A DNA stretch of 64,000 nt from Deltaproteobacteria bacterium (GTDB lineage: Bacteria > Myxococcota > Kuafuiibacteriia > Kuafuiibacteriales > Kuafuiibacteriaceae). This document shows, piece by piece, positions 33,026-43,978 of the stretch (position 1 is its first letter; the number at the start of each line of letters is the position of its first letter). Made by a program: the position numbers and the translations under genes. The stretch is from NCBI GenBank assembly GCA_040218735.1, contig JAVJQW010000027.1, forward strand, positions 27,134-91,133, in the 5' to 3' direction. The notes beneath the pieces are model-generated. The model was not told where the DNA came from. It worked only from the letters and a program-made list of their open reading frames with translations, and ran no database searches.

Positions 33026-33363
33026 CACGGTCCTCTCGCGGTGGAGCGGTGGGTCGTCACGGCCGGGACCGCGACCCGGCCGCGGTGTTGGAAACCACGG
33101 GTGTCCGTCTGTACGGGGCCGCCGATGACGGTGGGGACGGCGACTTCGACGTCGGGGGGAACGCAGCTCCCGTCGCGACAGACGTCGCCGCCTTCACACG
33201 GGGCGGACGTCGAGCACTCGACGCAGGTCGTGTCGCAGACGGCGGAGGCGCACTCGGTGTCGGCCGCGCACGCCTCGCCCAGCGCACCGAGGGACGGCAG
33301 CTGAGGTGCGAAGTCGCAGCCGAACAGCGCGAGGCCGAGGGCGAGGGGCAGGGCACGATTCAT
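33025..33363 (-). CDS. small Cys-rich lipoprotein
   Basis: LALFGC lipobox; CAADTEC...[10 protein letters not shown]...CRDGSC; coupled to the collagen gene. Confidence 0.75.
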   Translation of the reverse strand: MNRALPLALGLALFGCDFAPQLPSLGALGEACAADTECASAVCDTTCVECSTSAPCEGGDVCRDGSCVPPDVEVAVPTVIGGPVQTDTRGFQHRGRVAVPAVTTHRSTARGP

Positions 33364-33435
33364 CGACGTCGCTCGACGCCCATCAGTACCATGGGGCGAC
33401 GCGCGATCCGAAGCATTTGAATCGCGCGTCAGGGA

Positions 33436-34734
33436 CTACCAGCAGCGTGCGTACGAGTGATTCGCGAGGTTCGTGTACGCGTTCACGCTGTTGTAGCGGT
33501 TGCAGCACGTCGCGCCGTTGCTCGGGCACGTGAACTGACCGTTGCCTCCCAGTTTGGGTTCGATCCAATTCGAGAAAGTACCGCTCAGGCGGTGCCATCG
33601 CTGTTTGCGGTACGCGGCGATCCCGGTGTTCTTCGTGCAGAACTGATCGTCGTAGAACGTGCCGTTCGAGAGGACACCCGCGACGAGGTCGTGCGCGTCC
33701 TGATGCAACACCGCCGGTCCGCCCGAGTCACCCTTGCACACGATCGCCGTCGTCTCGTCGTCGGTGAGGAAGTGGCGCGAGCCGGTCCAGTCCACCGAGA
33801 TTCGCGCGCCGTTCGGCGGCTCGTGGAGACGCGGCGAGGTCTGCGAGTAGCGGCTGCGCGAACCGAAGCCGTAGAGGTCCATCGTGATGCCGAGCGAGAG
33901 GTTCCCGAGCCACACGCGGTTGTTGTTGTAGTAGCGCTGCCAGTAGCTGCCGCTGCACAGGTCGATCGCGTCGCGCTCGTTGCTCGTGATGCACCCGCGG
34001 TGCATCGAGAGGATCGCGATGTCGTCGCCGGTGTCGCCGGTGCCCGTCCAGTTCTCGTGCTGGTAGATGAACACGCGGTAGTTGCCGACCTGCACCGGCT
34101 CGCCGATGTCCGAGCCGCTCGGATCCGCGCGCATCACCCGCACGCGCCACCACCCCTCTGCGCCCGGCGGGATGCAGTGGGCCGAGGTGAGGATGTGGTT
34201 CTCGGAGATCGGGATCGCGGTGCAGTTGAACGTCGGTGCGTCGAGCGCGGCGTCTTCGGGATCGCCGAGCGAGACCGGGATGCGCACGTGCAGCCAGCGC
34301 TGGTCGCCGATCGGATCGCCGACCCAGATGCCGCGCGAAGTCTGGTTCGGGTTGCCTTCGATCGGGTAGTCGACGGCCTCTTCGGGGAGCTCGATGACGG
34401 GCTTCGCGGGTTGGAGCACGCGTGCCCGCGCGACGATGCGCGCGTCCTCGCAGGAGGTGACGGCGTCGAAGCCGACCTGCTGGGCGAGCGCTGCATTCTC
34501 CGCGAGCTCGTCGTTGAGGAGCGCGAAGTCGTAGCGTTCGACTTGGACTTCGCGCCCGCCGAGGATCTCGTTGTCGACCTCGACGCGATCACACTCGGTG
34601 AGGCGTGAGAGTTTCTTGGTGGCGCGACCAGTTTCTTGTTCCGCGAGCTCGGGAGAGGTCGACGGAGCACCGCCGCAGGCGAAGGCACCGACGATCCAGG
34701 GCAGCGCAAGGCAGACGGGTGACACGGATTTCAT
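33436..34734 (-). CDS. trypsin-like (S1) serine protease lipoprotein
   Basis: LTSAHC, DIAIL and CKGDSGGP catalytic triad motifs; AFAC lipobox; AGGAG RBS. Confidence 0.9.
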   Translation of the reverse strand: MKSVSPVCLALPWIVGAFACGGAPSTSPELAEQETGRATKKLSRLTECDRVEVDNEILGGREVQVERYDFALLNDELAENAALAQQVGFDAVTSCEDARIVARARVLQPAKPVIELPEEAVDYPIEGNPNQTSRGIWVGDPIGDQRWLHVRIPVSLGDPEDAALDAPTFNCTAIPISENHILTSAHCIPPGAEGWWRVRVMRADPSGSDIGEPVQVGNYRVFIYQHENWTGTGDTGDDIAILSMHRGCITSNERDAIDLCSGSYWQRYYNNNRVWLGNLSLGITMDLYGFGSRSRYSQTSPRLHEPPNGARISVDWTGSRHFLTDDETTAIVCKGDSGGPAVLHQDAHDLVAGVLSNGTFYDDQFCTKNTGIAAYRKQRWHRLSGTFSNWIEPKLGGNGQFTCPSNGATCCNRYNSVNAYTNLANHSYARCW

Positions 34735-34894
34735 GAGAGGACTCCTGTTCGGTTGGGGGGCGCCGCGTCGCGTGGCGCTTCGCACTCACAGGTGCTTCCT
34801 GGCGGGTGTCCTTATCCGGGAAATTCGCGCCGACGTGTCCGCCACCACGCCGCAGCGCTACGCTCGACACCAAGCTGGGGGCGTGACGCAATAG

Positions 34895-36085
34895 ATGCTG
34901 ATGGGTCGGTTTTGCTTCGTGGTCGTCTTGGCGCTCGCCTTCGTCAACTCGGCTTGCGGTGCGATCGCCCAGCAGATGTACGGCTTCACCGAGACCCAGA
35001 CCCGGACTTCGACGCGAGAACAGAAGGTGCGGGTCCACCGGCCGTTTGCGGCACGGGTCGAGCGTGTGGAGGCGGACGGGTCGCGAACGCAGGTCGAAGG
35101 CCCCAGCGACTTCGTCGACTTCGAGGTCGAAGAGACCGTCGAGGTGCCACGTTCGTTGGTGCCGCTGTACGTCGGCACGGCGCTCGACGCCGCCGCGACC
35201 GTGGGCGTCGGCGCGTTCTTCCTGAGTAAGCGCAACGTCGACGAATCCGCCGCGCAACCGCTCTTGCTCACGATCGGATCGGCGTTCATCGCCGACTTGG
35301 GTTTCTCGATCTACTACGGCACGAAGGAGCGGGAGCCGGAGCTGGTGCGCTACCGCCCGACGCAACCCAAGCCCGTGACCTACGTCGCCACGTTCGGCGA
35401 AGAGGTGACGACCGCTCGAATCGAGGCGACGTTCGATCACGAGGTGGAGCTGGACTTCGCCGCACCGCAGACCTCGACGACCGCAGTCGCGAAGCTCGTG
35501 CCCCCCGCCGAGCCGGGTGGCCCCAAGCTCCCCGCCGAGCCACCCACCGGGCCCGAGAAGAAGGGGGAGTCGTTCGAAGCGCTCACGGCGCCGGCGCCGC
35601 CTCCGCCCGAGGAGACCTGGTACGGCTGGCAGACGTTGCTCTTGGAGGTGCTGTCGCTCTCGCTGGTGGGTTACGGCGCCAACGAGAAGGACTACCGGAT
35701 GCTCGGCATCGGCCTCGGCGCGCACGCGCTGGGACCCGGTCTGGTGCACGCGGGCAACGGTCAGCTCGACGAGGCGGGCGCGAGCGTCGGTCTGCACCTC
35801 GCGCCGGCCGCGGGCGGTGCGGCGGCCGGCGCCGCGATGGTCCTCGTGTTCTCGCCGTTCATCCTGCTGTTCGGGGAGGGCGACGAGATCCCGAACCTCA
35901 TGGCCACGTTCGCGGGGTACGGCGCGGCCGCGATGTTCGTGATCGGTGCGCCGGTCGTCGCGATCCTCGACGCGGCCGCGATCGCCTGGAAACCGAAGGC
36001 CACCGAGACCGAGGTGCGCATCGCGCCGACCGCGAGCTGGACGGACGACGGGCACCCCACGTTCGGGTTCGTCGGCAGCTTCTGA
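34895..36085 (+). CDS. hypothetical membrane/lipoprotein
   Basis: NSAC lipobox, Pro-rich linker, WYGWQTL motif, hydrophobic helices, C-terminal GFVGSF. Confidence 0.75.
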   Translation: MLMGRFCFVVVLALAFVNSACGAIAQQMYGFTETQTRTSTREQKVRVHRPFAARVERVEADGSRTQVEGPSDFVDFEVEETVEVPRSLVPLYVGTALDAAATVGVGAFFLSKRNVDESAAQPLLLTIGSAFIADLGFSIYYGTKEREPELVRYRPTQPKPVTYVATFGEEVTTARIEATFDHEVELDFAAPQTSTTAVAKLVPPAEPGGPKLPAEPPTGPEKKGESFEALTAPAPPPPEETWYGWQTLLLEVLSLSLVGYGANEKDYRMLGIGLGAHALGPGLVHAGNGQLDEAGASVGLHLAPAAGGAAAGAAMVLVFSPFILLFGEGDEIPNLMATFAGYGAAAMFVIGAPVVAILDAAAIAWKPKATETEVRIAPTASWTDDGHPTFGFVGSF

Positions 36086-37501
<1,416 letters not shown>

Positions 37502-37517
37502 CCGGCGAGCATAACAG

Positions 37518-38648
37518 TCAGAACGGCGTCGCGCGCTCCGCCGGCGCGGGCCAGCGCGGCGCGGGGGCGATCTCGGGGTCGTCGAACAAGAACAGCACGC
37601 CGCCGATCACGCCGAGCACGGCGGAGGAGGAGAGGAGCACGACCGACGTAGTGCGGAGGGTGTTTCGCTCGCGGACGTCGCCGTTGTAGTCGTCGAGGGT
37701 CGCGGAGCTGACGTTGCGTTCGCCGCGGAGCGCGTCGACGTCGCTCGCTTCACCCTGCGCGACGAGCGCTGCGACGACCGCGACCGCGCCCGCGGCCGCG
37801 AGCCCGGCGCTCGTGATCAGCACGGCGTGACTCGCTTCGCGCCGCGCCGTGGGTTCGAAGTCGAAGGCCTGTGTCATCGCGGCGTCGCGTTCGGCGGTGA
37901 CCGACTCGGAGCGCAGCCGGTGCCCGTTCAGTCGAGCGTCGATGCGGTGGGGGCCCGGCGGCAACGCGACCTCGAACGGCAGCGGCGCAAGGCCGACGCG
38001 CGCGCCGTCCACGAAGATCTCCGCGCCCGGCTCCGCGTCGACCGTGAGGCGCGCCGGTTTGGGTTCGAGCGTCACGGTCACGGGGGTCATGCGCTCCGGC
38101 GCGGCTTCGATCGACGAACGCCCCGGGAGGTAGCCGGGGGCCTCGGCGGTGACCACGTGAGGCCCCGGCGCGACCGCGGTGACGACCGGCGTCGCGACGG
38201 CGGGGGCTCCGTCGATCGACACCGTCAGCCCGACCGCCTCCGAGTAGACGAACAGCTCCGTGACCGGGGGCGGGGGAGGGGGCGCCTCGGTGCGCTCGAC
38301 GCTCGCGCGTACGATGCGCAGCGCTTGGAGCTGGTCGACCGCGTCGGGGCGACGACGACCGTCGGGCGCGCGTTCCAGGTACGTCTCGAAGAGCGCGATC
38401 GCACGGTCGAGCTTCGCCGCGTCCTTGTCGACGAAGTACTGCCGGCGGTGCGCCTGCGCGAGTGAGAACGCGAGGGCCGGCGAGTCGACGATGCCGTAGG
38501 CCTCCTCGAACGCACGCGCCGCCTCCGCGAAGCGACCCCGTTCGTACGCGATGCTCCCGGCGCGGAAGAAGCGGCGGGCGCGCTCGGTGTCGTCCGCGAG
38601 CGCGCGGCCCGGCAGCGCAACGAGGAGCAGGAGGACGAGCGCCCTCAT
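37518..38648 (-). CDS. TPR + PEGA domain protein
   Basis: Signal peptide; ARRFFRAG...[12 protein letters not shown]; two PEGA repeats (GAEIFVDG...LPPGPHRI). Confidence 0.88.
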   Translation of the reverse strand: MRALVLLLLVALPGRALADDTERARRFFRAGSIAYERGRFAEAARAFEEAYGIVDSPALAFSLAQAHRRQYFVDKDAAKLDRAIALFETYLERAPDGRRRPDAVDQLQALRIVRASVERTEAPPPPPPVTELFVYSEAVGLTVSIDGAPAVATPVVTAVAPGPHVVTAEAPGYLPGRSSIEAAPERMTPVTVTLEPKPARLTVDAEPGAEIFVDGARVGLAPLPFEVALPPGPHRIDARLNGHRLRSESVTAERDAAMTQAFDFEPTARREASHAVLITSAGLAAAGAVAVVAALVAQGEASDVDALRGERNVSSATLDDYNGDVRERNTLRTTSVVLLSSSAVLGVIGGVLFLFDDPEIAPAPRWPAPAERATPF

Positions 38649-41056
38649 CGCCGCGGCTCCGTCGTGAACACGTAGACCCCGCCGCCGAGGAAGAGCACGA
38701 GGTCCTCGAGCTCGTCGTCGTCGACGCGCCCCGCGCGTAGCTGGGCGTCGCCGTCGTCTTCGACGTCGAGCGGTGCGGTGATCGGCGCGGGGACGGCGTA
38801 GAGCGCGTCGTCGCGGACGTCGTAGTCGACGGTGAAGAGGCCGTCGTCGGTGTAGACCGCGACTTCGGGGCGAGGGTCGTCGTCGACGTCGACCAGCGTC
38901 GCGGCGCGCACCCGAAGCCCGCCGAGCACACGCTCGGCGTCGTAGGCCAGCGCGCCCTCTTCCGCACGCAGGTTCCACAGCACGTAGACAGCGCCGCGTT
39001 CGTCCTCGGTGGCGAAGTAGACCAACGCCTCGTCCTCACCGTCGTCGTCGAGGTCACCGACCTCGAGCCAGGTCGGTCGGCCGGCCGGCGCTTCGCTGGT
39101 CACGACCTCGAACCCTTCGTCGTCGCGGGTCGCGAGCAGGAGCGTCGAGGGCCCGGCGTCGCACGCGGCGGTACCGTCGACGCCGATCACCGCGCCCCCG
39201 CGCGTCGTCGCGAGCAACGCACATTCGGATCGGAACGCGCCGAGGTCCACGGCGGACGTCGTGGCGGGGCCGCCGGTGTCGAGGTCGTCGCCGGACACGA
39301 AGTACACCGCGCCATCGCCGAGGCCGACGAGGTCCGGCGTCTCCGCCTCGGGATCGTCCAGCAGGCCGGCGGTCACCGCGAGGGGACCTGCGCCGAGAGG
39401 GATCGGCGATAGCAACGCGCGGCGTGCGGAGCCGAGCAACACGACGTACGTGTCTTCGTCTTCGGGCGTCACGAGGACGTCCGCGGTGCGGTCGGGGTTC
39501 AGCGTCGACGCGGCGCGCGTGATGGACGCTTCGACCGACACGATGGCGTCGAAGCCGTACGCGCTGCTGAGGTCCTGGAGCGGGTTCGTCGCGCCACCGA
39601 ACAACACCGTGACCGCGTCCTCCTCGTCGCGGGTGCGCTCGACGAGGACGACGTCGTCGACGCCGTCGCCGTCGAAGTCGCCGACGTCGAGCGCGCGCGG
39701 GAGCTGAACGTTGGAGATCGGGACGCTCGTGAAGACACCCGGAGTGGCCTGGCGGAGGAGTCGCAGATCGACGGCGTCGCAGTCGGCGCTCTCGGAGCGC
39801 GTCGTCACGACGATGTCCGCGAGGCCGTCGTCGTCGAAGTCGCCGATCGCCGCCTCGGCCCAGGCGTCGCCCCGTGCACGGACGTAGACGCGTTCGAAGC
39901 CCGTCGCCGTCGCGAAGTACACGCCGTCTTCGGTGACGACGTCGTAGCGCGGACGGGCGCGCAGGTGCCCCGCGGTCAGCCACGCCGGGCCCTCGCTGCA
40001 CGCGCGTGACTGCGCGTCGACGCGCTCCGTGAGCGCGGCGTAGCGCGGATCCTCGGCGAACGCGAAGTCCGGGGGTGATGCGCTCGCGACGGTTTCGCTC
40101 GTGGCGGCGATCAGGGCGTCGCCGTCGAAGGTGATGCGCTCGACGCCGTCGACCGCGCGGCGCTCGACGTTCGCGAGCAACACACAGCCGGCGCCGTCGA
40201 GCCGCGTCTCGCCGAGGACGACCGTGTCTTCGAACGCCATCGCGATCCGCCGTGCGCCGGAGGGGAGGCGGAACGACGCCTGGTCGAGGAGCGCGCCGGA
40301 CACGCCGAGCGTCGAGGTGCTCGCGTAAGGATCGAGGCACCCGGGCGTCTCGAAGGCCACGCTCGCCGGTTCGCCGAAGAGCACCATGCGGTCGTCCACG
40401 CCGTCGTCGTCGTCGAGGCGAAGGCTGCGCACCGCGATGCGTTCTCCGGGGAGCTCGAGCGTGGTGCGCGCCGAGACCGCGGTCGTGAGGCGTCCGCGCT
40501 CTTCCTCGAGCACGTGCACGACCGCGCGCCTCGCTTCGCCCGCAACCTGGGTTGCGCTCGGGAAGACGATCGCCGAGCGGTCGTCGTCGATCGGTACGCT
40601 CGTCATCACGCCCCCCGTCGCGCCGAACGTCGCGGCCGAGAGCACCGCAGAGGAGGCGTCTTCGTCGAGCGAGAGGATGGTGAGCTCCCCGTCGAGGCGG
40701 ACCGCGAGCTCACTCGTCGCGTCGCCGAGGAAGTTGGCCACGATGAAGTCGTCGGCGCGCAGCACGTGGACGGGTTCGTCGTCGAAGTCGAAGGCGCCCG
40801 ACGGCGGTCGGCAGATCCGATCCTCGAAGCACCCCCAACCCTCGGGGCACTCGGCGCCTCCGCCGCACAGGTACCGGCAGGCGCCGAAGAAGCCGGGGGC
40901 GCCGCAGGTGAGGTTCGCGCCGAGCGCCGGATCCACGACGAGGTCGCAGTCCTCCCGCGGCGCCTCCACGACGTTGTTCCCGCACACGTCGGGCTCGACG
41001 ACGTCCAGGTCGGCGCAGGCGGCGAGTACGCAGAGCAGAGGGACGTGGGCCCGCAT
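38645..41056 (-). CDS. VCBS/FG-GAP repeat lipoprotein
   Basis: VLAAC lipobox, CGNNVVE Cys-rich motif, GDFDDDGLADIV, GDFDGDGVDDV, GDLDDDGEDE. Confidence 0.85.
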   Translation of the reverse strand: MRAHVPLLCVLAACADLDVVEPDVCGNNVVEAPREDCDLVVDPALGANLTCGAPGFFGACRYLCGGGAECPEGWGCFEDRICRPPSGAFDFDDEPVHVLRADDFIVANFLGDATSELAVRLDGELTILSLDEDASSAVLSAATFGATGGVMTSVPIDDDRSAIVFPSATQVAGEARRAVVHVLEEERGRLTTAVSARTTLELPGERIAVRSLRLDDDDGVDDRMVLFGEPASVAFETPGCLDPYASTSTLGVSGALLDQASFRLPSGARRIAMAFEDTVVLGETRLDGAGCVLLANVERRAVDGVERITFDGDALIAATSETVASASPPDFAFAEDPRYAALTERVDAQSRACSEGPAWLTAGHLRARPRYDVVTEDGVYFATATGFERVYVRARGDAWAEAAIGDFDDDGLADIVVTTRSESADCDAVDLRLLRQATPGVFTSVPISNVQLPRALDVGDFDGDGVDDVVLVERTRDEEDAVTVLFGGATNPLQDLSSAYGFDAIVSVEASITRAASTLNPDRTADVLVTPEDEDTYVVLLGSARRALLSPIPLGAGPLAVTAGLLDDPEAETPDLVGLGDGAVYFVSGDDLDTGGPATTSAVDLGAFRSECALLATTRGGAVIGVDGTAACDAGPSTLLLATRDDEGFEVVTSEAPAGRPTWLEVGDLDDDGEDEALVYFATEDERGAVYVLWNLRAEEGALAYDAERVLGGLRVRAATLVDVDDDPRPEVAVYTDDGLFTVDYDVRDDALYAVPAPITAPLDVEDDGDAQLRAGRVDDDELEDLVLFLGGGVYVFTTEPRR

Positions 41057-41170
41057 CGAGGACGGCGAACTCTAACACCGAAACCGGGGCACGCCCGAGG
41101 GCGTCGTCCGCCGAAGAAAAGCGAACCCCGCGTGCAAGGTCGTCTGCGGACGCCTCGAACGAACACCGAG

Positions 41171-42796
41171 ATGAACATCACTCGACACACCAACCGATTC
41201 ACCTGCGCCTGGGCTTCGACCCTCGTCTTGCTCGCCTGCGGAGGCGTCGAGGGGGCCGCCGACGCTCCGTTCGATCCCTCGGGCCTCGAGATCGTGACCG
41301 AAGACCAGCCGCTGTATCCGCTGACGACGACGCTCTGGCGCACCACGCGGATCCCGGTGTGCTGGGAGAATCCGACCTCGGCCAACGCGCAGGGGCGGAC
41401 CTGGACCCGGAGCGCCGTCGAACGGACCTGGGAGGCGGTCACGCCGATCGAGTTCGAGGGCTGGGGGACCTGCGCGGCCGGCACGAAGGGGATCCGAATC
41501 CGGGTCGAAGACACCGGGCCGCACGTCAAGGCGCTGGGGCGGAGCCTCGACGGCTACGTGAACGGGATGGTGCTCAACTTCACCTTCGCCAACTGGAGTC
41601 AGAGCTGCGCTTCGCAGAAGCAGTACTGCATCGACAGCATCGCCGTGCACGAGTTTGGGCACGCGCTCGGCTTTGCACACGAGCACAACCGGCCCGACAC
41701 CCCCAGCTCGTGCACCGACGCGCCCCAGGGGACGAACGGCGACCTCACGCTCGGCGCCTGGGACCTCGACTCTGTCATGAACTACTGCAACCCCGCCTAC
41801 AACGGGGACGGCAACCTCTCGACCGGCGACATCAACGGAGCGCAGTACTTGTACGGTCACCTCGCGTCCGGCGTCATCAACGCGGGGGCGGGGTTTCAGG
41901 AGGCGATCATCTCGCAGCAGGGTGACATCGGCGTCGTCGGCGGCCTGATTCGACCGACCTCCAACAGCCCGAGCTTCTGGACGCCCGGCAAGCTCGTCGC
42001 GATGCTCCCGTACGACAACCGCCCGGCGAAGCGGCACATCTTCCACCTCAACCAGCACAACCAGGACGCGCGCGTCGACGTGACGGCGAACGGCGAAGTG
42101 CTCTTCCTGAACGGGAGCTCCAGCTACGCGTGGATCAGCCTCGCCGGGATCAAGTTCCCGACGCAGATCGACGGTACGCTGGCGCACGGTCCTGGCGTCT
42201 CGAACTACGGTAGCGGCTACGAGAACGCTTCATACACCCGCGAAGGTTCGACCGTGCTCGTCAGCGGCCTCGTCAAGAAGTCCGGCGGCTTCGGGCCGGG
42301 GGACGTCATCGCGACGCTCCCCGTCGGCCAGCGCCCGGCGAAGCAGCTCATCTTCAACCAGAACCAGCACACCGCCCACGCGCGGATCGACATCCACCCC
42401 AACGGCAACATCGTGTATGTGACCGGCACGAGCCCCTACAGCTGGATCAGCCTCTCGGGGATGTCGTTCTCGGTCGGCGGCGCGAGCCCGGTGAGCCTCG
42501 CGAGCGGAATCTCCAACTACGGTGGCGCCTACGAGTCGGCGATGTCCCGCCGCGAGGGCGATACGGTCGTGGTCAACGGGCTCATCCGGTCGACCTCCGG
42601 TGCGATGAACGGTCGCGTGCTCGCGACCTTGCCCGTCGGGCACCGCCCTCCGAAGACGCTCATCTTCACGCTCAACACCCACGCGACGACCGCACGCATC
42701 GACGTGCACCCCAACGGCAACATCTACTTCAATACGGGGAGCGCGCCGTACAACTGGGTCAGCCTGTCCGGCCTGACGTTCCGCGTGCCTCGATGA
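41171..42796 (+). CDS. metzincin zinc protease lipoprotein with three tandem C-terminal beta domains
   Basis: LLAC lipobox; HEFGHALGFAHEH; SVMNY Met-turn; three repeats of about 95 aa with ATLPVGxRP...W(I/V)SLSG. Confidence 0.88.
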   Translation: MNITRHTNRFTCAWASTLVLLACGGVEGAADAPFDPSGLEIVTEDQPLYPLTTTLWRTTRIPVCWENPTSANAQGRTWTRSAVERTWEAVTPIEFEGWGTCAAGTKGIRIRVEDTGPHVKALGRSLDGYVNGMVLNFTFANWSQSCASQKQYCIDSIAVHEFGHALGFAHEHNRPDTPSSCTDAPQGTNGDLTLGAWDLDSVMNYCNPAYNGDGNLSTGDINGAQYLYGHLASGVINAGAGFQEAIISQQGDIGVVGGLIRPTSNSPSFWTPGKLVAMLPYDNRPAKRHIFHLNQHNQDARVDVTANGEVLFLNGSSSYAWISLAGIKFPTQIDGTLAHGPGVSNYGSGYENASYTREGSTVLVSGLVKKSGGFGPGDVIATLPVGQRPAKQLIFNQNQHTAHARIDIHPNGNIVYVTGTSPYSWISLSGMSFSVGGASPVSLASGISNYGGAYESAMSRREGDTVVVNGLIRSTSGAMNGRVLATLPVGHRPPKTLIFTLNTHATTARIDVHPNGNIYFNTGSAPYNWVSLSGLTFRVPR

Positions 42797-42860
42797 GCCC
42801 CGCCTGATTTTTTTCGCGATCGGATGATCACTTTCGGCGGCGTTTGCGGCGTCGGGGGAC

Positions 42861-43340
42861 ATGAAGAAACTCAGCGTGCTCCTCTCCTCCACCCTCTTCG
42901 TCCTCGCGGCCTGCGGCGGGGGCAGCGATACGGACCTCGAGACGGCCTTCTGCATCGGTTTGGGCGGTGCGGCCGACGCCACGATTGCCGCCTCCGCGTC
43001 GCCCGACGCGGCGCCCACGGCCCCGCTCGGTGACCTCCGCACGGACGTGACGCTCGCCGACCTCGGCGGCGAGAACGGCGGTTCGATCGTGTACGTTCCG
43101 GACGAGGACGGCTTCTTTGCCTTCGGCCTGGGCGCCGACGTCGAGCTGTCCATCGCGGACGCTTCTGGGAACGACGTCCCCATCGTGAAGACCGTGCGCG
43201 GCAGCGCGATGTGTACGGAGCTCGCGGTGCGGTACACCGCCGAGCTTCGCGCCCAGCCCTACACGCTGACGTTCGGACCGACCGCGACCGCGACGCTCCC
43301 GATCGTCGCCGAAGAGAGCGACGACGACGTGACGCCGTGA
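42861..43340 (+). CDS. hypothetical lipoprotein
   Basis: MKKLSVLLSSTLFVLAAC. Confidence 0.8.
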   Translation: MKKLSVLLSSTLFVLAACGGGSDTDLETAFCIGLGGAADATIAASASPDAAPTAPLGDLRTDVTLADLGGENGGSIVYVPDEDGFFAFGLGADVELSIADASGNDVPIVKTVRGSAMCTELAVRYTAELRAQPYTLTFGPTATATLPIVAEESDDDVTP

Positions 43341-43364
43341 CCCCGGCCTGGTACGCCGTGAGGG

Positions 43365-43925
43365 GTGGCGGGAGACATCACGCGGCTCCTCATGGCGGTC
43401 AGCGCTCAGGAAGACGGTGCCTCGGAACGCCTGCTCGCCGAGGTCTACGATCACCTCCGCCGGATCGCGCAGCGCCGCATGAACGCCGAGCGCGCCGGCC
43501 ACACCCTCGACGCGACCGGCCTGGTCCACGAGGCGTACCTCAAGCTCGTTCAGCAAGACGAAGTCGACTGGAAGAACCGCGCGCACTTCTACTCGGTCGC
43601 CGCGATGGCGATGCGCCGCGTGCTCCTCAACTACGCCGAGGCGCGGCGCGCGGAGAAGCGCGGGGGCGGTGCGGTCGCCGCGACGTTCGACGAGCAGGCG
43701 TTCGGCGCGGAGCTGCGCTCGGATCGGATCCTCGCGCTCGACGAAGCGCTCGAACGCCTCGCCGCGATGAGTGAGCGTCAGGCGAAGGTCGTCGAGTACC
43801 GGTTCTACGGTGGGCTCACGCACGAGGAGATCGCCGAGGTGCTCGAGGTCTCCGTCCCCACCGTGCGTCGCGATTGGCGGGTCGCGCGCGCGTGGCTCAC
43901 GAACGCGCTGCGCGAGGACGTTTGA
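43365..43925 (+). CDS. ECF sigma factor (kinase-associated, TIGR02999-like)
   Basis: HTLDATGLVHEAYLKL, RAHFYSVAAMAMRRVL, KRGGG, TVRRDWRVARAWL. Confidence 0.92.
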   Translation: MAGDITRLLMAVSAQEDGASERLLAEVYDHLRRIAQRRMNAERAGHTLDATGLVHEAYLKLVQQDEVDWKNRAHFYSVAAMAMRRVLLNYAEARRAEKRGGGAVAATFDEQAFGAELRSDRILALDEALERLAAMSERQAKVVEYRFYGGLTHEEIAEVLEVSVPTVRRDWRVARAWLTNALREDV

Positions 43926-43978
43926 CCCACATCCCGGGCGGATGGTCCTTCGGCGTCGGGCGTGCTCGGATCACGTCG

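Noticed and set aside
40514-41170. Long N-terminal extensions in the ORF track (also 14893, 55208, 8274-9554, 1823-3367, 59150-60049)
   Set aside because: They overlap neighbouring real genes; downstream starts with signal peptides or ATGA coupling fit better.
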